Source of the DNA: Spizellomyces punctatus DAOM BR117
Taxonomy: Eukaryota
Assembly: GCA_000182565.2 (NCBI GenBank)
Contig: KQ257451.1
DNA length: 64,000 nucleotides
Reading direction: 5' to 3' (one strand)
A program made the translations under genes and the position numbers. This document shows, piece by piece, positions 1 to 11,291 of this stretch; the stretch's first letter is position 1, and every line of letters starts with the position of its first letter. A model generated the notes under the pieces. That model did not search any database, was not told where the DNA came from, and was given only the letters and a program-made list of their open reading frames with translations.

Positions 1-2816
1 TACGATGGAAGCAAAATTATCGTCCAACAGAATCATCGAAGCTGCTTCCTTTGAAACATCCGATCCAGAAATATTCATAGCAATCCCCAGATCAGCCTTC
101 TTCAATGCTGGGGAATCGTTCACACCATCTCCGGTAACGCCAACAATGTGTCCCAGATTTTGGGCACGAGAAACGATTTCCAGCTTATGTTTCGGACTCG
201 TTCGGGCAAAGATAATCTACCAAAATGTTGTGAATGGAAGCCCGTGGTATTGAGCAGGATGAACCAACTTACTTCCTCCTTCATAAGGATTTTGTCCCAA
301 TCACTATCAGTTAAATCATCGATTGTTTCACCATGAATGACGATGGAAGAGTACTCGTGTTCTTGGATAGTCTCAATTGGACGACCAGTCTTTTTGGCCA
401 AAGTTTCTTTCGTATGGCCCAACATTAGGTTAATCTTACGTCCGATAGCCTGGTTTGCATATATGAGAATGATTATAATGTTGCAAAAGATCGTTGGTCT
501 AAAGTGGCAAACGATGTACCTCGGCTGTCAAAGGGTGATCACCAGTAACCATCATGACTTTTATACCGGCTTCTCGGCATCGACCAATGGCTTCGCGAAC
601 ACCATGCTTGGGTGGGTCTTCCAAGCTGATAAGTCCCATAAAGCATAGATCTCGCTGTAAAGAGAATAGCGCATTAACCCTGATGGCAGCTGGTCCAGAG
701 CAAAATTTCGTGATAACACTACCGTTGGATAATTCTCCTTCTCCTTTGAAAACTCTATATTTTCTGGATATTTTTCCGCAGGCATTTGTAATTGTGCAAA
801 AGCCAGCACTCGACGTCCTTTGCCAGCCATCCACTGGTAGGTCTTTAAAAATGCCTGTTCATGCTCAGAGGTCAGCGGCACGTCTTTGCCGTTTACCAGA
901 ATAACAGAGCACATCTTTAAAACTCTTTCGGGGGCTCCCTTTAGGTACAGCGTAAAGACACCGTTTGCATGTTGTTTCCGGTGGATGGTTAGAGCCCATT
1001 TATTGTCAGAATTGAACGGGACTTCAAAAACTTTGGGATACTTTGCGCTCAACTATTTGTCCATCAAATAAGTAGGAGGAAGGTGTTTGAAAAAATCAAA
1101 AGATAGTCCTTACTTGGTCAATGTCGCTCAATTGCTGTGCTGACCAACGCAAAAGACCACTTTCGGTCGCATCCCCATTGATGTTCCTGTGCCCCATGTA
1201 GCAATTAATGTCAAGATTCATGCATAACCAAAATGGCTTAGCATTCTTACCTCTCGGGAACCGGAACGTCGGCTCGGTCAAAGCGCGCCCTGTGGTATGA
1301 ATAGTGAGCAGCCATAGTAACATGCATGAAACAAGAGATTAACGATTCCTACCTAGTGCACATGGCAGAAAGATGTAGCATTTCATTGACCCCACTGATA
1401 GATTGATCAAAAGCGCCTTCTTCGGCCTCCAAATTGGTTGCATGTGGATCCGCTGAAAGGATTCGTAGACTTGTCCAAATGCTCGCGACTGTCATTCGAT
1501 TCTTTGTAAGTGTTCCGGTTTTGTCAGTGGCCAAAAGGGTTATTGCGCCCAAGGTTTCGACTCCACGAAGATCTTTCACCAAGACGTTACGTGCGGCCAT
1601 GCGCTTTGCAGCAATGGTCAATAGCATCGTCATTGTCGCCGGAAGTCCCTGCGGTACCCAAGCGGTGAGAACTCCAATTGCAAAGTTGAAGGCAGTGTTT
1701 ATCTTTTTGTCTTTGATCATGATTACAATAAAGAATATAAGGGCAGAAATGAAAGCTATCGTGGCGATGATGGAGACAAAGTCATCGATTTCGCGTGATA
1801 GCGGGCTGGGCCTCTTCTTTTCATTTTGCGTGAGTCCGGCAATCTGTCCTAGAACCGTTTTATCGCCAATCCGAATAACGACTCCATAACACTCTCCAGA
1901 TATAGCCAGAGTGCCGCTAAATGCCAGATTGGTTGCTTCGAGAGGGTTTTTATGGGTATTGTGAGCAGTACGTTCTTGCGGATCAGATTCGCCAGTTAGG
2001 GACGAATTATCGACCTTGAGTTCGCTCGAGTGGAATACATAAATATCGGCCGGAATTTTATCGCCTTGTCGAACAAAAACAATGTCTCCCACAACGAGTT
2101 CAGCTGCAGGTAGGTCAACCAGAGCACTCCCGCGAATGGCATGTCCTTTCATGGGGACCATGTTCTGCACCCAACATAGTAAGTAGCGAAATACTTTAAT
2201 AACCTATACTGAGGCATGACTGACCATGAAGGAACGAAGAATGGCAGCACTCTTTTGCAGCTGGTAGAACTCAATGAACGCGTTGAGCAAAGCCACGCCC
2301 AACAGAATAGCTCCCACATAAAGCTACCAAAAAAAAAAAAAAAGTATTGAAATTAAGGTTATTTTGGCAGACTGATTTTTAGCTGTAAAAAAAAGATAAC
2401 TTTTTGCGACCCTACATACGTTAAGATAATTCCCGACTGGATCAATCCCGTAGAGGATATAGGTAAAGACACCAGCGATTAGGAGCAGGAGATTAAATAG
2501 ATTGGCAAGACATTCCAAGTAAAGCAATAAAAGAGACTTTTGCTTGGGGGGCGTCAAAATGTTGGGGCCATGTTCAGCCTGTCTTTGGGTCACCTCGGTG
2601 GGTGTGAGACCAGCCGATGCAACCGGTTTGCGAGCATCGAAGGAGGTTTTGTGAAGCTTTTGAATTTCTTCAAACGAAAGAAGATGTTCATTCTATAGAT
2701 GTATATAATCAGAGTCAATTCAACTAGCCCAAGCTACCTTGGGAATTAGAATGACAAACAGAACTTACCAAGTCCACTTTTTTTGTTTTCTTGTCGGTTG
2801 CTCCAGTAGACTCCAT
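1..2816 (-). CDS. P-type ATPase, P2C (Na+/K+- or H+/K+-ATPase alpha-like), multi-exon, 3' end runs off the window
   Basis: Spliced ORFs contain [14 protein letters not shown] (phosphorylation site), KGAPE, MVTGDHP and [19 protein letters not shown]. The N-terminus has the GLT...[10 protein letters not shown] motif typical of P2C. ATG inferred at 2816 ([16 protein letters not shown], then GTAAGT). Confidence 0.93.
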
Positions 2817-3566
2817 CTTTTTTTTCGCGCAAAAAGCACCGAGTGCTTTTGCAACAGGTTAAAGAAAAAGTAGAAACCAAATTGGAGCAAGAAAAACAAA
2901 ACTCATATTCCATTATATCCCTTTTATACCCAACCGCCTAATCGCTGGTAAATTCAATATGTTCCTAGATTGGAGGAAACGCCAAGTCAGGGTTTAAGGG
3001 AAACGCGCCTTGCCAGAGTTGATGATATTTCCATTTGTTTGAACTCCCATCTAGATTTCGATGCACTGGGAGATAACGAGGACCAACCCAGCACAGGTTG
3101 GATATCCCCCATATGGCGTTCAAGATCACGTAAAGGTACTTGTGTTTTTGCCAATGTGTTGACAATCAATATTGATCAATTGCCAAGTCATGGCGGGAGA
3201 AACTTGGTCGCGAGATTACAGGAACTAAGCCTTTTTAATTTCCCATTTGTTCTATTCCCTTGTTGTAGAATTTCTTTTGGAGATTTTCCAGGCATGAACC
3301 AGCCTTTTAGGTGCGCGAACACGCGAACAAACTTGTAAACAAACAAACTCGTTCCAACGACTCTTGTTTCTTTTTCGAATCGCATGGTATCGCCCAATGT
3401 TTATCATTCCTAAAATATACCAAAGAATTAGTTTCGTCCCTCCAAAGTCTTCCTAGTGCATGAATATGTGTTTTATTGGTGGGATTCAACTTTTCCACAA
3501 ATGTTGAGCAAGTTGACCTATACCAGAATGTAAGCGTTTGTACCTCACTGGAATCCACCAAATATT

Positions 3567-4321
3567 TAGTGTAGAGGTGACAGAAACTGGCACTAGCTAC
3601 TACACCAGGGAATAAACCGGCGACAACCGGTTTGGAAAAGCTAACTAAGCTACTACTAGGCAATTATACACGCAATATGTAACGGTTGGTTCTAACCGGA
3701 TAATTGCCCACCACCACACGCGGTCCCTACTAGGCCTTGATCTGGAACTCTTGATGGCATTGAAGCCAGACTCTTGCATCCAGGAGCGAATCGACTGGGC
3801 AGCGTCACAAGCCAGAGGATGTTCAGTGACAAGGCTTGGAGACTACAAAAAATGCATGTCAGAAGATGACCCGATGACAAGAAATAAAATGATGCAAATC
3901 AGTACATACCAACCAAGCTCAACTAATGTGGCAGCATAATAGTAGGTTTTGTTATCAGATCCGATTGGTTGCCGCTGGTTCTGATCACGGTTGCTGTCGG
4001 GCGGTCGAGGTCCTCGGCACCAGAGCAGTATTCTCATGATTGGACTGAGACTTGTTGGGTGGATGCTTTGAGTCAAGGATGGGTAAAGAGGAAAGAGGGA
4101 AGAGGGAGCAGGTCCCCCTTTTATAGACCTTTGGCATGCGCCTCACCGCAGTTTAAAAAAAAAGCTACATTAGCATGCCACACCGCAGTTTGGAGAACAT
4201 TAGCATCCATGCCTCCTCACCGCTTTGAGCAATGATGGGGGTTCTGATTATGCGATATGACTAACCGGATTAATCCGGATAATAATGGGTCCTAGTGCCA
4301 TTTTCAATCACCTCCACACTA
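3567..4321. mobile_element. Non-autonomous TIR element (MITE-like, 755 bp), copy 1
   Basis: 30-bp imperfect TIRs: TAGTGTAGAGGTGACAGAAACTGGCACTAG vs reverse complement of the right end TAGTGTGGAGGTGATTGAAAATGGCACTAG (26/30). Homologous over its full length to 36887-37647, with unrelated flanks. Subterminal AACCGG motifs and a CCGGATTAATCCGG palindrome. Confidence 0.88.
3692..4037 (-). CDS. Putative two-exon 92-aa ORF carried inside the TIR element (copy 1); function unknown
   Basis: Exons 4037-3910 and 3842-3692. Intron has GTATGT...CTGAC...TTTTTTGTAG. TATAAAAG at 4125-4118 is followed by a pyrimidine-rich tract. The same architecture and frame occur in copy 2. Confidence 0.5.
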
Positions 4322-4479
4322 TGGACCCTGTACCACGGCTCCGATAGGCTCCGACTCGGCACGTGACACTTGTCCGAACGCGTTGGACAACACAGAACGA
4401 TGATAGATGTCAGCAGCCTCACTACCCAAGAAATCCCAGTGTACAATCTCGCATCACACCACTACACATCACACACCAC

Positions 4480-5175
4480 ATGCCAAAACAAACAGGAACC
4501 TGGATCCAAACCACCAAAACCCCCAAACCAATCCAAACCCTCTTGGTCCCACCCACATTCTCTTCACGATCACGACATCAATTGAAAATGTCTAGAGTCT
4601 CCAGAGCGGGGATGGAAGGTACACGGGAAAAGAGTCAATGTACGCTCGTGGATATTAAATGGTCGACCGTGGGGGATGGGAAGGTGCTGAGTGGGGAGAG
4701 GAATTCAGTTATTGGGAATGAACATGTATTTCTGGATGGTGCCCGACATTCTTTGGAGGTACAAGAGAAAACAACGACACACCCAACATCTTTTCACCAA
4801 AAAGAATCCAACACACCATTCATTCCACCATCAATCCCCTCACCAACCCCCAAGAAGCCATCCGTATTCCAATTGGACACTCTCCCTCCACCAAACGATA
4901 CATCGACAAAAAGTCTACCTACCATGACCACACACCCATCCCTCCCCACTCTGGAACAAAAGAACCCAACAACACATTCACCATCTTGTCACCAAAAAGA
5001 ATCCGTATCACTCTCAAATACAGCATCAATCCCCTCACCAACCCCCAAAAACCCATCCGCGGATCTCACATTCCCACTAAACAATGTGTTTACGGAGAGT
5101 TTACTTACCATGCCTTCACCCCCGTCCCTCCCATCCACGAACGAGTCCCTACCAGATATGTATATCCCCATCTAG
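4480..5175 (+). CDS. Orphan Pro/Thr/Ser-rich ORF with a two-copy internal repeat (195-nt period); possibly a pseudogene
   Basis: Open frame 4363-5175 with first ATG at 4480. HQKES...SIPSPTPKxPS occurs twice, 195 nt apart. No recognisable domain. Confidence 0.35.
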   Translation: MPKQTGTWIQTTKTPKPIQTLLVPPTFSSRSRHQLKMSRVSRAGMEGTREKSQCTLVDIKWSTVGDGKVLSGERNSVIGNEHVFLDGARHSLEVQEKTTTHPTSFHQKESNTPFIPPSIPSPTPKKPSVFQLDTLPPPNDTSTKSLPTMTTHPSLPTLEQKNPTTHSPSCHQKESVSLSNTASIPSPTPKNPSADLTFPLNNVFTESLLTMPSPPSLPSTNESLPDMYIPI

Positions 5176-5651
5176 TTGATATGATATTAGGGAATGCTGT
5201 GTGTGTGGTTGGATTACACGCGGATTGGTACTCTATCACAAAACAAAACTTTTGCATCTGTATTGACAAAATGCTGGTACGGCCCCTGTATATTATGGTC
5301 GACCCTTCTCTTCTCACGCACTTGCGATTTGATTCTACCGTTAATGGTACATTGTTTGGTAGTAAACGTACATCCAAGACACAGGAATTACTAAAAGAGA
5401 GAGTAGATCCATCGTAGTTACCATAAACAGAGTCATGATAAACACAAAAGTCTTATAAAGGGCATAAAATGGTTTTTTTTTTTTTTGCGTGTGCATATCA
5501 TTCAATTTCCAAACAATACGACAAAAAAATGCTAACTAAAAACTACACAGCAGAGCGAGTAATGTTTTATTTTTTTGAATTTTTTTTTTTTTTCATTATA
5601 TATATACATTCCAATCACAAACCCCGTCTGTTACAACAACACACACACAGA

Positions 5652-8600
5652 TTATTCCATAATCTCTCCATCCTCCAAATTCTCTCCAGCAGGAGCACCC
5701 TCATCAAGCACCCGGGGGGGAAGCTTCATTTTAATTTTAGGTAATTGACCATATTTGGACGGAATCCCCGGAACACCACTCTCCCGTTTTCGTTTTTTCG
5801 GTTTAAAATTATCAACACTATCATCATCATCCGACCACCGTTTACGTTTCTCATCGTCCGAAAAATGAGAGGAAGCTTCAGAGCGTTTTCTTTTGAGTGA
5901 TTCAACAACGGGTTCGGCTTCATCAATGGGTAAAATGGGTACATCGCCTCCAGGTGCCAATTCAGCAATCTTGGAATCAAATACGTGTTTCATTTGAACG
6001 GCGTCATCGTAGACTTCGGAACCATCTACATTGTATTGCATGGCATTGGCAAACATGAGGTGAAAATCGTCAATGAATTGTTGGAGGGATTTGTAGTAGA
6101 CGTGGATGAGACGGTGCCAGATCATGTCGAGTGCGATGGGGCTTCGGATCAGTTTGTAGTAGTCTGGGTATTGGGCTCGGGGTGGGATGGATTGGAATAG
6201 GCCGGACCGTAATCGGCGAGCTCTGTTTCATTCAAAAAAAAATGTGTGAGAAAAGTGGGGCTTCTGTGTAGACTACCAAGACAAAAAGAGGGTGCACTTA
6301 CCCATTCTCATATACAACCTCGGACGCATCTACTGCCTTGTAGCACGCCTCAAAGACCCGTCGAAGGGCTCTACGTTTAGCAGGCGGGAGAGGATCTACT
6401 TCATCCGCATCGACACCCGCAAACTTTTTACGTCGTCGCTTGGCCAAAAGAGCTTCCTCATGTTCTTCTTTCGGTTTCGGTTTTCTGCCGCGTTTTTTAG
6501 GGAGTTGGGGTGTTGTCATATCTTGACTCGGTTCACCGGTGGTCGTCGTACCACCCCCAGTGGTATCTTCGACTTCTTCAACAACAGGTGGTCGCTTCTT
6601 TGGTGGACGACCCCGTTTTCTACCGGGTACTTTGGGCGTTTCAACAACAGGGGGTTTATAAACGACTTGCTCAATTTCTTCCTGTCCGTCTTCATCGTCT
6701 TGATCATCATCATCATCACCCGCATGTCGATTTTTTTTGCGTTCCTCACGTTTAGCGCGCTGTTGCCACCGTTTCTCGATATATCCATCCAAATCCCCGG
6801 AATCCAATCCAGCAAGGAACTGATCTTCATTTAATCCATCATCGTAGCGTACTTCCTTGCGTGCCCGTGCACCGCGTCCCAATTCAATTTCCTGTTCTGT
6901 TGGGAGTTCCTCTTCTTGGACGTAGACGGAGGGGAGTTCACTGTCTTGCATGAGTCGCGGTGGAGGATCACCGCGGTTCCCAGCCGCCCGCCATAAAGAT
7001 AATTCACGCGCATTACGCTCCGCATCCATCTTGTTAAATAACTCCAATTCTTCTTCGTTCCTAGCTATAATCTCATTCAAATCGTTATCATCCAATTGCC
7101 CTTCATTATCTCCTTTATCATCCTCATCTTCCTCAGACCCAAACAAGGACCGTAAAAGCTCATCACGTTCACGATCCGTGGTTTTGTTATCAAATTTTCC
7201 GGCTTGGATGACTTTACCATCGATATCCAGTTTGTATTGTGCACGAGCCAAGATGGTTTCTTCTACTGAACGAGCAGTGATGAGCCGGAGGATACGGACC
7301 TCTTTGGTTTGACCAATACGATGGGCACGATCCTGTGCCTGTAAATCCTGATGCGGATTCCTACAAAACAAAAAATCATTGTCTCAACATAAAGTCCCAA
7401 AAAAAAACAACACAAACAAAATCAAACGCACCAATCCGAATCAAAAATCACAACCGTATCCGCAGTTTGCAAATTCAATCCCAACCCTCCAGCCCTCGTA
7501 CTCAACAAGAAAATAAACGGGGGATTCACAGGGTTATTAAACACCTTCAACATGGTCGTCCGATCCTCTGCTTTGGTATGTCCATCCAACCGCAAATACG
7601 TATGAGCCTTTAAACGTAGATAATCCTCCATAATATCCATGACTTGGGTCATTTGGAAAAACATTAAAACACGATGTCCACTAGTTTTGAATTTCGGGAG
7701 GATGCGATCGAGTAATTCAAATTTTCCGGCGACCCGCCATAAATTGTCGTCGGTCATGCGGGTGGGGTTCATAACGTGTTCGACTTCTTCAAAGACGTAA
7801 GGGTGATTACAAACTTTTCGGAATTGCATAACAAGGTTATTCAATGCCTTTCTCCTAAAATTGCCAAGGTCAACGAACCATAACAAAAAAATCGAAAATT
7901 GAAAAAAAGCAAAAAAAAAACGTACCGGGTAGCACCATCCACCCCAAAACTACTCTTCTTACTCCGAATCTGTTCATACAAACGCAACTGTAACGCCGAC
8001 ATGGGACACTTGACAACCGTCTCAACTTTATCCGGTAACTCAGACTCGACATCCTTTTTCAATCGACGCAACAAAAAGGGTCGAAGGACTTTATGCAATC
8101 CCCGAATAATCAAGAGCGATTCTTCTTCATTGAGTTTCATGTCCGTTTCTTTACCGCCTTCTTTGGAAAATGGGTGGTTGAACCAATCATCAAATGTTTC
8201 CACAGAGTTGAAAATTTTTGGAAGGATAAAGTTGAGGAGGGCCCATAATTCCGGGAGATTATTCTACAAAAAAATGGGCAAGTATATTTTAATATATACA
8301 TGTCTGATCTTACACATGTTGAGTAAACATTACCTGCAACGGCGTCCCCGTCAAAATCAACCGATACCGCGTCGAATAATACTGCATAAGCGTAATCGAC
8401 AATTTGGATTGCGTATTCTTCATGCGATGCCCTTCATCAATAATCATATAGACCCATTTGGTCTTTGCCAGCAAGCTCTTTTCACGAATAATGTATTCGT
8501 AGGTGGTGATGAGTACATTATAGTACCCAGCCTTTATTTCGTTTCGAAGACGAGCACGTTCGGGTGCGGTGCCTTTGAATACAATGCGATTGACAGTAGG

Positions 8601-10625
8601 TGCCCATCGCTCGAATTCAAGGTCCCAGTTGGTAATGGTCGAAAGAGGGACAATCACCAAGAATGGGCCGTTTTGCTTCTTTTTTTCCATAAGGTATGTG
8701 ATGAGTGAGATGGTTTGGATCGTTTTGCCAAGTCCCATTTCGTCAGCTAGGATCCCGTTCAATCGGTTATTGTACAAGGACACCATCCACTGGAGCCCTT
8801 TGATTTGATACTCTTTCAAACGTCCACCAACAAGGATACTGGGTTGCTCCGTGACGTGTTCGGTAATCTTGTGCGCAGTGGCATAGTAATCCGCACCGTC
8901 GTCATCAACGTTTCCGTCGCGTGGTTCATGCTCGGGTACTTCGTACTCAACGACACTGGCTTTTTGATCTTGCATGGCTTTTGTCAGACTGTTTAGATAC
9001 GACTCAGTTTGGTTAAGCAGATGCATGATACGGTTATCCTTGGCCTTGTCGACGAGTTTGAGGTAAGCGGCTTCATCGTTGGCTTTCAAAGCGTTTAGAC
9101 GTTCCTGGGAGATACGCTGCTGCCTCTTTTCTTCCTCCTTTTGAGCAGCAACATGGAAGCGCGCAACAGCTTGACCGAGCCGCGTCGCCTTATTCTGCTG
9201 CTGTTTATGAAACCCAAGCATCTCACGCCCGTGATGGAGGATAGATAAGAGGTAATCAACATGTTTCTGCCGCTCCCGTTTCTCCCGCTCCAAACGTTGG
9301 TTCTTTTCCAATTTTTCAGTCTGTTTAGCTTCCCTCAACGACTGCTTTTTCATTCTTCGGAACGATCCCCGATCAGGAGCGGTAGCAAGCGTCGTTGCTT
9401 TACTCAAACACTGTACAATATCACTTCGAAGCCTCTTTTGCTTATCCAAGAGTTTGAGGGATTTAAGCTCAATCAACGCTTTGAGTTTCGCCCCCGTATC
9501 ATTGGATAAATTACTAGGAAGGTTCTCTAGCTCGCTAATACGGTACTGAATACGCGCTTGAATCTGTTTTTCTCGCTCTTGCATCAAGGCATAGGCATCA
9601 ATTCCACTTGGTGTTCCACTGGGTATAACGACCCGCTGCTGGAGGTCCGCCACTGAAATCTTTTTAGGGAGCAATGAATAAGGGTTGGAGAGCGGTCCCA
9701 TGTCAAAGCGGGCCGTTGTGGCTTTGAGGACGGGTGAAGGGTCTTGATTTGGTTTAGGTGGCGTAGGATGCTGAAAGACAGATTCAACAATTTTCTGCGG
9801 GATAGGATGCGTCTCGGATTCGTTTGGCGTCTGCGACTGTCGTAATTGGTCAGCATCAAACACGCGTTGACGTAAATGCTCAGGAACGGGTTTGTTGCCA
9901 GATATGAGTTTGAAAACGTAGATTTGACATCGGAGGGCCGTTAATTGTTCTGGGGTGAAGGGTCCGACTCCTGCTGCTGTTCCAGATGGTTGCGAAGTCG
10001 GTGGTGGTGGTGGTATACCATCTTTTGGTTGCGAATGTTGCTGCGGATGCACTGCTTGTACCTGTCCAACCGGTACCTGTCCAGAGGTCAACTGTCCAGC
10101 GGGCAAGTGCCCAACGGGTACCTGTCCAACAGCTCCCTGTCCAACCGGTCCCTGCCCAGCGGATACCTGCCCACCAGGTAGCCCAGAACCCACAATCTGC
10201 CCATGCCCCCACTGCGCTCCAGGCCCTCGCTGCTGCTGCTGCTGCCCAACAACACCATGTTGCTGAACTTGCTGAACTTGCTGCTGTTGTTGCTGTTGCT
10301 GTTGCTGCTGAGCCAAATTCTTCCCCAAAGAACTATACTGCCTCAAAATCGCAATCTTTTGCGCAAACTCTGGATCATTCGCCTCTGTCGACCCCTTTTC
10401 CTTCAACGCCTGAGCACTCTACAAAAAAAAAACCATCAACCAACGATCCCCTTTTCAAACATACTTCATTATACGTACTGCAATAATCCCCTTCAACTGT
10501 TCCTGCGTTAAAGCCTGCATATGCTGCGGAATAGGTCTCACATTTCTTTGTATAGGTCTTTGTTGCGGGTACGTATTCGCCTGTTGCTGTTGAGGCGGGG
10601 GGTAGACTTGTCCATTCGTGTACAT
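5652..10625 (-). CDS. SNF2: SWI/SNF or RSC catalytic ATPase (SNF2/STH1/Snf21 type) with QLQ, HSA, SNF2 ATPase, SnAC, AT-hook and bromodomain
   Basis: QLQ ([13 protein letters not shown]), [63 protein letters not shown], bromodomain ([12 protein letters not shown]). ATG inferred at 10625 ([11 protein letters not shown]). Confidence 0.96.
10040..10310 (-). repeat. Coding low-complexity tract in SNF2: polyQ plus about eight GQxxx pentapeptide (15-nt) repeats
   Basis: [17 protein letters not shown] and [40 protein letters not shown] read directly from ORF 8310-10406. Confidence 0.85.
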
Positions 10626-11291
10626 TGCGTACGAAAGGGGTCGTTGGGGTGTTTTGTTCCCCGACGAAACAATCGAGTGCGCGCTCTCAAGTAAAGAAAG
10701 GAGAGAGGTAGATTGTTGAAAATCAAGTGTTGATCACAGTGTTTTTTGTGTGTGGAGAGCGATGACACGACTCACAGGCGAGCCTACCCTGTTGGCTTTC
10801 CCTCCCCCCTCCGTTGCTGGGTGGTTTAGTTAACAGATACCCGTGACTGTGTGTCATGTGACTGATTGACGCGTTCGAAAATGAATATATTACTAATCTG
10901 ATGATGTAAGCATATTCCCGTTGATCGTCACAATGTCCTATCGAGAATGGTTGACAAAGGTCACAATTCCATACTCAACAAAACGCACACCCCAGACAAA
11001 TATAGAGATTCAACTACGTCAACAAACTTTTTAAAAAGCCTTTGGGTGCAAGACCCATACATTTTTATACAATTAAAAAAAACCCATTATAAACATTCAC
11101 ACACTCCAAAACAAGCATTCTACAACCATAACCCACTAGACTGTCTCCGCACAAGCCCATCCCCACCATCCAACTCTACAGCAACTAATAAACAATATCT
11201 CAACCTAATGACACAGTATCAAAATCCATGCATAAGCACTCAATATACAATAAAAAAAACCCATAAAAATCCTCACCCCCAAAAACGGATG

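Noticed and set aside
2940-3560. Possible gene or pseudogene between the ATPase start and the TIR element
   Set aside because: Short ORFs in several frames with no recognisable motif or consistent splice model.
3567-4321. CACTA-superfamily assignment from the CACTA/TAGTG words at the ends
   Set aside because: The orientation is inside-out (starts TAGTG, ends CACTA) and the shared sequence lies between them; there is no 3-bp TSD.
9955-10266. Cys-rich, metallothionein-like ORF (CPTGTCP..., CCCCC) on the + strand
   Set aside because: It is the antisense reading of the GQ and polyQ repeats in SNF2; CAG/CAA codons read as Cys on the other strand.
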